Source of the DNA: Okeania sp.
Lineage (GTDB): Bacteria > Cyanobacteriota > Cyanobacteriia > Cyanobacteriales > Microcoleaceae
Length of the DNA: 17,675 bases
Direction of reading: 5' to 3'
NCBI RefSeq assembly: GCF_035285525.1
Contig: NZ_JAYKGW010000208.1
Span: 1-17,675, forward strand
Shown piece after piece: positions 1 through 7,418 of this stretch; positions within the stretch are counted from its first letter, which is position 1; every line of letters starts with the position of its first letter. A model generated the notes under the pieces. The model ran no database searches, had not been told where the DNA came from, and saw only the letters and a program-made list of their open reading frames with translations. Made by a program: the position numbers and the translations under genes.

Positions 1-401
1 CTATTTCTCCAGAAGTAATAGTTAGAAATTTCCTCATCAACCTCCCAGTCGAGTGCTTCACGAAATGAAAAATCCTATCTCTCCAAAAGCAATAGTTAGA
101 AATTTCCCACTAACCTCCCAGTTGGAGTGCTTCACGAAATGAAAAATCCTATTTCTCCAGAAGTAATAATTAGAAATTTCCTCATCAACCTCCCAGTCGA
201 GTGCTTCACGAAATGAAAAATCTTATTTCTCCAGAAGTAATAATTAGAAATTTCCCCATCAACCTCCCAGTCGAGTGCTTCACGAAATGAAAAATCCTAT
301 TTCTCCAAAAGCAATAGTTAGAAATTTCCCCATCAACCTCCCAGTTGGAGTGCTTCAGAAAATGAAATTATCTACTTATTCAGAAGTAATAGTCAAAAAT
401 T
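1..401. repeat. Tandem array of a 74-bp non-coding unit: 5 full copies plus a degenerate 6th, truncated by the left window edge
   Basis: Units start at 1, 75, 149, 223 and 297 (period 74; the last copy is 75 bp). A recognisable partial unit starts at 372 (CTACTTATTCAGAAGTAATAGTCAAAAATT). The block GTGCTTCACGAAATGAAAAATC is identical in copies 1-4. There are two variant types: CAGAAGTAATA/CAGTCGAGTG in copies 1, 3, 4 and CAAAAGCAATA/CAGTTGGAGTG in copies 2, 5. The period is not a multiple of 3. Confidence 0.9.
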
Positions 402-663
402 CGACAACTATATCCCCTGAGTCAAAGTACGGAAGAAAGCAAAATACCATCAACAGACTATTTTTCCATAACCCAGGCTAAGTATATATGAGCACACCTT
501 TTCCATTATTCTCACCATACCATATAAAGTGTTTCTTGTCAACTACTTTTTCTTAAAAACCATTATTAGGAGTAGGAAGTCAATTATCCAAACAATTAAT
601 TCAAGCCTTCTATGATTGATTTCCGCCCCAAAGTCCCCAAACTCCTCACACTCCCAACACCCT

Positions 664-2139
664 CTATTCCCTATCCTCCAAATTCAAAATAGCAGACATA
701 TTTCCATCAGCTAATAAAACCATAAAAATATCATTATTCGCGATAACAACCTTTTCAACTTCAATGTTTTTCACCTCAATATTTGCATCAATTTCTGAAG
801 GCAATTTTATCTGCTGAATATACTTATTAGCCTCATTTTTAGCTCGAATTAATTCTTCATTTAAAGGAAAAGAAAGACGTTCCTCAACTTGCCGAAGTAG
901 AACAGGTTTCAAAAGCGAATCTGCCGTTGATAATAAAGCATTTTTAGTATCAACATCATAATCCAGTTCAACAACTTTTAGATGATTAGAACCTTGATCG
1001 TAAAAAATATTACCCCAAAGATATAAAACTCCCTTTGCTCCCTGAAGCAAACTATCTTTATCAGTCTTAAAATCAACCTTAACCAAAATTTTTTCACCCA
1101 ATGGCGATAAATCAATATCATTAACAATAACCTGCAAATTTTCATCAATAGAAAAAGACTTACCCCTGACTTCAGATTGAATAGTATTATTCAACTCATC
1201 AAGAGAAACTTGTACAGGTAAATTAATTAAAAACTTATCCATTATTTGTTTCTGAATAGTCAGATTAGGCAACGGCTTAAAATTAATAGAAGAAACTTCT
1301 TTACAAATACAAGTATCCACAAACATCTTAATTCCAATACCAGATTGAACATTTTTACCATCACTCAAATCAAACTCCTGAAAACTAACACTTTGCGGTT
1401 CAGTTTTAATCCAAATGGAAGGGTCTTTACTAACTTGTTCTGACAAATGCAAATTATTCCATTGTTTCGTTACTTCTGCTTTTAGATTTAACTCATTAAC
1501 AAGTTCAGCAATTAATTTAGGCTTCTCTTTATTAATAACTATATCCACCTGTTTTTGGAGAATACGAGCAATATTAATAGTGCCAATATTTTTAATTGGT
1601 ACTTCTGCCTTAGTCAAATTAGTCGATACATTTAGATTCGGTTTAATATTCCATTCATTATCTATTCCTAAAGAAATGTCGCCAAAAATTGTACCTACAA
1701 TATTTGTCTGCGCACTAACTGGAATTTTAGTCAAACGTAAATCAATTTTACCTTTAACTTTAGCAGTTCCTGATACTGGAATTGAAAAAGTTATCAAATT
1801 ATTTCGAGTACCAATACTTAAATTTTGGCGATTAATTTCGTAGGTAAGATTATCATTAGAGAGTAAATCTGTCAGGTCAGTTTCTGTACCCACAAATGTC
1901 AGAGGAATATTTAGATTTAAAGCTTTTTCAATATTAGCCAAAGGAATTTTTATAGGTAGATTTAATATACTTTCAGTTCGTTCAAATTGAAATGTATTTG
2001 TTGGTGTAAATTCCGGTACTTTCGGTTGAATATCTGTTTCCTTAAAATCCGCTCTTGAAGAAGAAAAAATAATAATAGTTAGCACAGATATAATTAAAAT
2101 TAAAAATTTGATGATTCCTGGAATAGAGAATATTTTCAT
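664..2139 (-). CDS. Hypothetical membrane-anchored or secreted protein, 491 aa; family assignment (possibly DUF4403) is tentative
   Basis: Long uninterrupted ORF. The N-terminal hydrophobic segment (IIKFLILIISVLTIIIFSS) looks like a signal anchor. The rest is N/K/I/L-rich with beta-rich character and no catalytic motif I recognise. Size and architecture fit what I recall of DUF4403, but I cannot verify this without an HMM search. The overlapping + strand ORFs (1246-1443, 1415-1843) are antisense artefacts. Confidence 0.8.
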   Translation of the reverse strand: MKIFSIPGIIKFLILIISVLTIIIFSSSRADFKETDIQPKVPEFTPTNTFQFERTESILNLPIKIPLANIEKALNLNIPLTFVGTETDLTDLLSNDNLTYEINRQNLSIGTRNNLITFSIPVSGTAKVKGKIDLRLTKIPVSAQTNIVGTIFGDISLGIDNEWNIKPNLNVSTNLTKAEVPIKNIGTINIARILQKQVDIVINKEKPKLIAELVNELNLKAEVTKQWNNLHLSEQVSKDPSIWIKTEPQSVSFQEFDLSDGKNVQSGIGIKMFVDTCICKEVSSINFKPLPNLTIQKQIMDKFLINLPVQVSLDELNNTIQSEVRGKSFSIDENLQVIVNDIDLSPLGEKILVKVDFKTDKDSLLQGAKGVLYLWGNIFYDQGSNHLKVVELDYDVDTKNALLSTADSLLKPVLLRQVEERLSFPLNEELIRAKNEANKYIQQIKLPSEIDANIEVKNIEVEKVVIANNDIFMVLLADGNMSAILNLEDRE

Positions 2140-2245
2140 TAACTTTATTTACTTCAAATTGAAATTATGAACTTATGCTTAAATTTAGGGTATAGAGTGA
2201 GATATCTAGATGTTTATAACAATGAGCGCTCGAATATTTATATAC

Positions 2246-2391
2246 TATAGCAATCCTAAATAGATAGCAATCCTAAAGAGGCTTTAACAAACCAAAAATT
2301 ATAAATATATTCTGAAACTTTTACCCATTCCTGATTGGCTATTCTCGAAAAGTAGCAAGATTTTTGACTAAAATTCAATAGGATTGCTATA
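2246..2391. repeat. ATAGCAATCCT motif: two direct copies plus one perfect inverted copy, upstream of the 664-2139 gene
   Basis: TATAGCAATCCT at 2246-2257 and ATAGCAATCCT at 2264-2274. The reverse complement AGGATTGCTATA lies at 2380-2391. The region sits 107-252 bp upstream of the start codon at 2139 (minus strand). Confidence 0.7.
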
Positions 2392-2780
2392 TAGCATTTT
2401 TACATGAGATATAAATCTAGATTAAGGTTTGATTTAATAAAAAATACTGTCTTGAGTAGCTAAAAATATTTGTTAAAAACTATTATTTAATACTATTTTT
2501 TCTTCTTTATTGTTCTCTGTTCCTTGTTGCCTTTTTTAGAGAACTCGGTTTCCGCGTTTAAAATGAAAATGCTATACTATATTTTCAGTATTTGAAACTC
2601 AAAAAGCTCGTGTTTTGAGGAGACAATATTTAATAAGCTGTTAAGCATTTAAACAGCATATTTATTATATCCCAAGTCAAGAATAAAACTTTTATCACTT
2701 CTCACCTATGATATCATTTGTGTAAAAGTTGGAGAAATATCTACCGCCATACATATAAGGTTTTTTTCTTCTCTTAAAGC

Positions 2781-2889
2781 TTCTTCCTCCTTCCTCCTTC
2801 CTTCTTCCTCCTTCCTCCTTCCTCCTTCCTCCTTCCTCCTTCCTCCTTCCTTCTTCCTCCTTCCTCCTTCCTCCTTCCTCCTCTTCTCT
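2781..2889. repeat. 109-nt uninterrupted polypyrimidine tract built from about 14 heptamer units (CCTCCTT, variants CCTTCTT/CCTCCTC); STRR-like
   Basis: Only C and T occur on the + strand from 2781 to 2889. The heptamer periodicity is visible directly. The tract ends inside the stop codon (2888-2890) of the minus-strand hydrolase gene. A further C/T run lies at 2761-2775. Confidence 0.95.
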
Positions 2890-3928
2890 ATTTAAAATAA
2901 ACATATTTTCTCAAAACTTTAGCCAACGCATCATCATTCTCCCGCAAACCTTCATAAAAAAATAAAACCTCTCCCTGAATACCTAAAAAACGATTATAAG
3001 CGATCGCTGCCAACAAATAATCCTCACTAATCCGATATGAACCAACTTTAATTAAAATTCCTGGAAATACCTTACTCAAATGGTTTCCAGTTAACTGCTG
3101 TTTCGCTAACTGTTGCGCAATAGTTTTGTAACTACAAAAATCGCGACGATAAAGTTGAGGATGAATAATATCAACAATTTTTCGCTGCATCCAAGTCGGA
3201 TAGTCTTGCAGATATTCATTGAAACCCCACTTATAAAAACTAGGTGTCATCGAAACCAAAACATTAGGTTTCACTGCTTTTACTTCTCGATATAAACGAG
3301 CCAAAAAATTTGTTAAAATATCAGCTCGCCATTGCAACCATTTCTGATGTTTATGATTTTGGGGAGGATGACAAGAAAACTGCTGACGATAACGCGCTAT
3401 CGTTTTCCCATCATAACCACCTTCTGAAGGAAATGCTGGCATTCTGTCATCTCCCTGAATACCATCAACATCATAATTTTTTACAACTTCCAAAACCAGA
3501 GCCAGCAAAAAATTCTGTACTTCCTCATCCAAAGCATTCATCCATGCAAAGCCATTTTTCACCAATAAACTTCCTTTGCGGTCAGTCGCTCTCCATTCTG
3601 GTTTTTTACTCAACAGGAATCCACCATTTTGTTTGTAGGCACTAACAAACCCATATTCAAACCAAGGAATAACCTTCAAACCTACTCCCTTTGCTGCCGT
3701 GATGACTTCTCCCAGAGGATCGCGACCTTCGTATACAGGGTTGATCTCTCGACCAAAAGTTGTTGCCATCAGTTGACTGGGGTAGAGAGTAAATCCTCTA
3801 TTCCAAACCACAGGAAATACAACATTAAACCCCGTTTCTATCAGAAAACCCATTGCTTCAATAATTTTTTCTCTAGAATGAAAAACTTGACTATCAACAT
3901 TTGTTAACCAGATACCGCGCAATTTCAT
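2888..3928 (-). CDS. Glycoside-hydrolase-like TIM-barrel protein (YngK/DUF187 family, often annotated 'family 10 glycosylhydrolase')
   Basis: 346-aa ORF. The N-terminus MKLRGIWLTNVDSQVF...GFNVVFPVVWNRGFTLYPS, plus later GLKVIPWFEYGF and DGIQGDDRMP, match my recollection of DUF187/GHL10 proteins. There is no N-terminal signal peptide. The three + strand ORFs inside it are antisense artefacts. Confidence 0.8.
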   Translation of the reverse strand: MKLRGIWLTNVDSQVFHSREKIIEAMGFLIETGFNVVFPVVWNRGFTLYPSQLMATTFGREINPVYEGRDPLGEVITAAKGVGLKVIPWFEYGFVSAYKQNGGFLLSKKPEWRATDRKGSLLVKNGFAWMNALDEEVQNFLLALVLEVVKNYDVDGIQGDDRMPAFPSEGGYDGKTIARYRQQFSCHPPQNHKHQKWLQWRADILTNFLARLYREVKAVKPNVLVSMTPSFYKWGFNEYLQDYPTWMQRKIVDIIHPQLYRRDFCSYKTIAQQLAKQQLTGNHLSKVFPGILIKVGSYRISEDYLLAAIAYNRFLGIQGEVLFFYEGLRENDDALAKVLRKYVYFK

Positions 3929-4203
3929 AATTATTTAAAGACTATTAATTATTTGATTTTGCTGTTAATTAAAGTAACAGTAATTAATACAAAAATTGAC
4001 ATTTAATTAGACTTTGCTGATTAAATCATTAAACACTATTCAATCAATATTTTAGCCTTTTTAGGTTGGGAAAAAGTACCATATTTTTGACCCTTAAGAC
4101 TACTCAAATTAGTATTTAGGCAAGATAGAAGCATAAAAGTAAAGGGATAATTTTTCTGATTGATCCGGAACCGTGTATATCCTTTATAATTACTTCAATT
4201 TAT

Positions 4204-4240
4204 CCACTTCCTACTCCCTACTCCCTACTTCCTACTCCCT
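4204..4240. repeat. Heptamer tandem repeat (CCTACTC x4-5), STRR-like
   Basis: CCACTTC CCTACTC CCTACTC CCTACTT CCTACTC CCT, read directly. Related short runs occur at 9529-9547 and 14487-14517. Confidence 0.9.
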
Positions 4241-4378
4241 GGCTTTTACCTTAATTATTCTTAATGTAAATTCTCATCCATTCATTTTAAACTATATAAA
4301 TGGCCAGTTAATTTTTCAATTTCTGTATAAATTGATTCGGCCAAAAGTATAGTTTAGTATTAGTAAAGGAAATTTAAC

Positions 4379-5098
4379 ATGAGTGTAAACCTAGCAACTC
4401 AATTGCGTGAAGGAACCAAAAAAGCTCATACCGCGGCAGAAAATGTAGGTTTTATCAAGTGTTTTTTAAAAGGAACTGTAGAAAAAACTTCCTATCGGAC
4501 TTTAGTTAAGAATCTTTACTTTGTTTATTCTGCAATAGAAGAAGAGATGGAACGCCACCAGAAACATCCAATCATTTCCCAAATTTACTTTAAAGAACTA
4601 AATCGTAAGCAAAGCTTAGAGAAAGATTTACAGTTTTATTATGGTAAAAATTGGCAAGAGCAAGTAGCTCCTTCTGCCGCAGGTGAAGCTTATGTAAAGA
4701 GAATTAAGGAAATTTCTGAAACAGAACCAGAATTATTAGTAGCTCATTCCTATACTCGTTACTTAGGAGATTTATCTGGTGGCCAAATCCTCAAGAAAAT
4801 TGCTCAAAGAGGCATGAATCTAACTGAAGGAGAAGGTACTGCTTTCTATGAATTTGCAGAAATTTCTGATGAGAAAGAATTCAAAAATAACTTTCGTCAG
4901 GCCATGAATGATTTACCCATCGATCAGGCAACAGCAGATAGAATTGTAGAAGAAGCAAATGCTGCTTTTGGCATGAACATGAAAATGTTTTATGAATTAG
5001 AAGGTAATTTGATTAAGGCAATTGGTATTTTACTATTTAATACTCTAACTAGAAAGCGTGCTGTTGGTAGTACAGAATTGGCTACTGCTGCTGAATAA
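4379..5098 (+). CDS. ho1: Heme oxygenase 1 (biliverdin-producing)
   Basis: The 239-aa product aligns nearly end to end with my recollection of Synechocystis HO-1 (MSVNLA.QLREGTKK.H..AENVGF.KCFLKG.VEK.SYR.LV.NLYFVYSA.EEEM; LVAHSYTRYLGDLSGGQILKKIAQ; RQAMNDLPIDQATA.RIV.EAN.AF.MNMKMF.ELEGNLIKAIG). Confidence 0.95.
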   Translation: MSVNLATQLREGTKKAHTAAENVGFIKCFLKGTVEKTSYRTLVKNLYFVYSAIEEEMERHQKHPIISQIYFKELNRKQSLEKDLQFYYGKNWQEQVAPSAAGEAYVKRIKEISETEPELLVAHSYTRYLGDLSGGQILKKIAQRGMNLTEGEGTAFYEFAEISDEKEFKNNFRQAMNDLPIDQATADRIVEEANAAFGMNMKMFYELEGNLIKAIGILLFNTLTRKRAVGSTELATAAE

Positions 5099-5122
5099 AT
5101 AATGTGGTAGTTCTGTATAGTC

Positions 5123-5213
5123 AGGACTTACGCACGCGCGACCAAGAAACTGGGTTGATTGCTGTGATATTGTTGTTTAAACCACGAAATTTCGGCCAAG
5201 AAACCCGGTTTCT
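5123..5213. repeat. Cluster of small dispersed-repeat motifs (AGGACTTACGCA; CCAAGAAACNNGGTT x2, including the palindrome AGAAACCCGGTTTCT)
   Basis: AGGACTTACGCA at 5123-5134 recurs at 9090-9101 (one mismatch) and, inverted, at 9162-9173. ACCAAGAAACTGGGTT at 5141-5156 resembles GCCAAGAAACCCGGTT at 5195-5210. Confidence 0.7.
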
Positions 5214-5318
5214 GCCTTGAATTATCAAAAATCCCTTGCTATAATAGTATGTTCTGTGATAATTGTCCTACCAGTTAAACTGATAGAGTAATGATAAGAA
5301 AAATAGGATAATTTTAAT

Positions 5319-6026
5319 ATGACAACTATTAAAATTCTTGTAGTTGATGATGATCCAGCAATTAGAAACTTAGTTTATCGTTATTTAAGTCAACAAAACT
5401 ATGAAGTAAAGTCTGCACAAGACGGTCAGACAGCTTTAAATTTATTTAAGGAATTTCAACCAGATTTAGTTGTATTAGATATTAATCTACCTGACACTAC
5501 TGGGTTTAAACTTTGCCAGGAAATGCAAAGTTATAATGATGTGTTTGTACTGATGTTGACCAGTTTAGGGGACGAAGCAGATAAAGTCAAAGGTTTTGGC
5601 TTAGGTGCTGACGATTATATCACAAAACCATTTGGTATAGAAGAACTTGGTGCCCGTATTAGAGCAATCTTAAAGCGTCAAAAACTACCTTCTCAAAAAA
5701 AATCCGATCAACTCATATTCGGAGACTTAGTGATAGATTGTATTACTAGAGAAGTGAAATTTAAGAATAAAATTATTCCTCTAACTCATATACAATTTAG
5801 TATATTGTCTTGTATGGCTGCTAGACCTGGCTATGCTTGGAAACGCTCGGAACTATTTGATGAAGTATGGGATGGTGAGGGGGATAGAAGTCCAAAGTGT
5901 TCTGATGTACACGTTGGTCAGATTCGCAAAAAGCTGAAAGAATCTGGCTGTGATTTTGAGTACATTACCACTGTTTGGAAAGTAGGTTATAAGTTTGAAA
6001 CTCCAGCAGGAAATGATTCTATTTAA
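5319..6026 (+). CDS. OmpR/PhoB-family two-component response regulator (receiver plus winged-helix DNA-binding domain)
   Basis: Receiver signatures are present: VVDDDP acidic pocket, phospho-acceptor context VVLDINLPD, MLTS (Thr), ITKPF (Lys). The C-terminal winged helix has LT..QF..L, VW, DVHVGQIRKKL and TVWKVGYKF. Confidence 0.9.
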   Translation: MTTIKILVVDDDPAIRNLVYRYLSQQNYEVKSAQDGQTALNLFKEFQPDLVVLDINLPDTTGFKLCQEMQSYNDVFVLMLTSLGDEADKVKGFGLGADDYITKPFGIEELGARIRAILKRQKLPSQKKSDQLIFGDLVIDCITREVKFKNKIIPLTHIQFSILSCMAARPGYAWKRSELFDEVWDGEGDRSPKCSDVHVGQIRKKLKESGCDFEYITTVWKVGYKFETPAGNDSI

Positions 6027-7197
6027 TTTTCCCAGGTAAAACTTGTTGATAAACCTTTGCCCAATTTTCTTTTTCCACAGCAGGAGCAAGTTGTTCTAGA
6101 ACTTTTTTCCTAGCAGATTTTCCTAAATCTTGTCGTAACTGGGGCGATCGCTGTAACTGACGCAAAGCTACAACTAATTCTTCACTAGAACCAGGGTTTA
6201 CTACTAAACCATCAACACCATCTATCAAAATTTCACCAATAGCATCAACATTCGCTCCTACTATAGCTCGACTAGCTAACATTGCTTCTAATAGAGCATT
6301 AGGACAACCATCATTCAAAGAAGGAATCATAAAAACATCCATGTAAGGCAAATATTTGATCGCCTCAGTACGACTTAACATTCCTGTGACAATTATACGG
6401 TCATTAATTCTACTATTCTGAAGTTCTGTGTGCCAATATTCCTGTTCTCCTGTTACAAAATCACCTACTAATAATAATGTTAATTCAACATTTTCTGCGG
6501 TAAGTTGAGAGCAAGCATCTAATACATATTCTAAACCTTTTTTATTCCGGAATCTACCTACAGAACCAACAACCATTCCCCGGCAATTTTTTACCAGTTC
6601 TGGAGTAGCAAAATTATCGAAATCTACTGGTCGAATAGAGTTCCCAAAAACTGATGATTTTGCTTCTAAATTAGGTACTAACATTCTAGCTCGTTTGCAT
6701 AAATCTTGACTAACAAAAGTTAACCAAGATGCTTTTTCTAAAGTCCAACATAATTGAGCGTGTTGTTGGGGATCAAAAATATGTTTATGGAGGTCACTAC
6801 CACGAATACTATTAATTACAGGTAGGTCATTTTCCAGAGCTAATAATGTTGTTAAAAAACCAGTTTCTTTAATAAAAAAAGAATGAAGTAAATCAAACTT
6901 AAAATGTTGATGGAGCTGTTGGAGTTGAAAATATATTTCACTCCGAAAATCCATAATTGTGTATGATTTTATTTGACGAATTGCTGCTTTTAAACGATGT
7001 ATTAAAATGCCGTCTTTTTCTTTTGTTTTACAATCAGAACGTTGGAGAGTTTTTAGATTTTTTGGGAAATAAAAAACAGCTACATGAACTTCATAATTTA
7101 ACTCTAATAACATTCGAGAAATGCGGTATACTGATTCACCTACCCCACCAATATCAGGTGGAAATTCTAAAGTAGTTAAACAAACTTTCTTTTTCAT
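6019..7197 (-). CDS. Glycosyltransferase, GT4 (GT-B fold) family
   Basis: I place the start at the ATG at 7195-7197 (MKKKVCLTTLEFPPDIGGVGESVYR), which is a typical GT4 N-terminus. The C-terminal half contains the E-x7-E-like region (PSLNDGCPNALLEAMLASRAIV). The 38 upstream codons of the listed ORF (to 7311) run through dispersed-repeat sequence and are probably not translated. Confidence 0.85.
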   Translation of the reverse strand: MKKKVCLTTLEFPPDIGGVGESVYRISRMLLELNYEVHVAVFYFPKNLKTLQRSDCKTKEKDGILIHRLKAAIRQIKSYTIMDFRSEIYFQLQQLHQHFKFDLLHSFFIKETGFLTTLLALENDLPVINSIRGSDLHKHIFDPQQHAQLCWTLEKASWLTFVSQDLCKRARMLVPNLEAKSSVFGNSIRPVDFDNFATPELVKNCRGMVVGSVGRFRNKKGLEYVLDACSQLTAENVELTLLLVGDFVTGEQEYWHTELQNSRINDRIIVTGMLSRTEAIKYLPYMDVFMIPSLNDGCPNALLEAMLASRAIVGANVDAIGEILIDGVDGLVVNPGSSEELVVALRQLQRSPQLRQDLGKSARKKVLEQLAPAVEKENWAKVYQQVLPGKIK

Positions 7198-7360
7198 AAT
7201 TAAAGGAAGAAGGAAGAAGGAAGAGAAAAGTTCAAAGGGAAAAGGTTTTTTTGTTCGCGGAGCGCGAAACGGAGTTCTATCAATGATTATCAGGATATGA
7301 TATAATATCAAACCCAGTAGTATCGGTAAAATTCCTTCTCCGTAGGGGTTTGGTCTCCAA

Positions 7361-7378
7361 TTTTTCGGGAACCGTACC
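7361..7378. repeat. Dispersed repeat TTTTTCGGGAACCGTACC (copy 1 of 3)
   Basis: The identical 18-mer occurs at 17494-17511. The inverted core GGTTCCCGAAAAATC occurs at 14431-14445. Confidence 0.8.
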
Positions 7379-7418
7379 CTCTAGAAAATAGGAGTTTTCA
7401 CTCTTTTGTGATATCCCA

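Noticed and set aside
1-401. CRISPR array interpretation of the left-edge repeats. The 74-bp unit could be read as a ~37-nt repeat plus a ~37-nt spacer.
   Set aside because: The would-be spacers are essentially identical between units and differ only by point substitutions. Real arrays have unique spacers. The two halves of the unit resemble each other only weakly, and no cas genes are in the window.
1-401. Direct identification of the array as NsiR1
   Set aside because: I cannot recall the NsiR1 sequence well enough to claim homology. The units lack the TCCGGA motif and a convincing GC-rich terminator, and 74 bp is short for a promoter plus an sRNA. It is kept only as an analogy in the findings.
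275-481. 68-aa ORF starting inside the tandem array
   Set aside because: It reads through non-triplet 74-bp repeats and has no start context or recognisable product. It is most likely an artefact.
1246-1843. + strand ORFs 1246-1443 and 1415-1843
   Set aside because: They lie entirely antisense within the well-supported 664-2139 gene. Their products are low-complexity with no recognisable family.
2695-2904. 69-aa ORF encoding EEGGRRKEE repeats
   Set aside because: It is simply the minus-strand translation of the polypyrimidine heptamer tract. It also overlaps the 3' end of the hydrolase gene.
3113-3907. + strand ORFs 3113-3295, 3310-3645 and 3629-3907
   Set aside because: They are antisense to the DUF187-like hydrolase gene, whose product has clear family signatures. 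Their own products have none.
5853-7175. Minus-strand ORF 5853-6089 and + strand ORF 6957-7175
   Set aside because: Each is antisense to, or out of frame within, a supported gene (the response regulator and GT4 respectively).
7198-7311. N-terminal 38-codon extension of the GT4 ORF (start at 7311)
   Set aside because: The extension is encoded by dispersed-repeat and polypurine sequence. The canonical GT4 N-terminus (MKKKVCLTTLEFPPDIGGVG) begins at the internal ATG at 7197.
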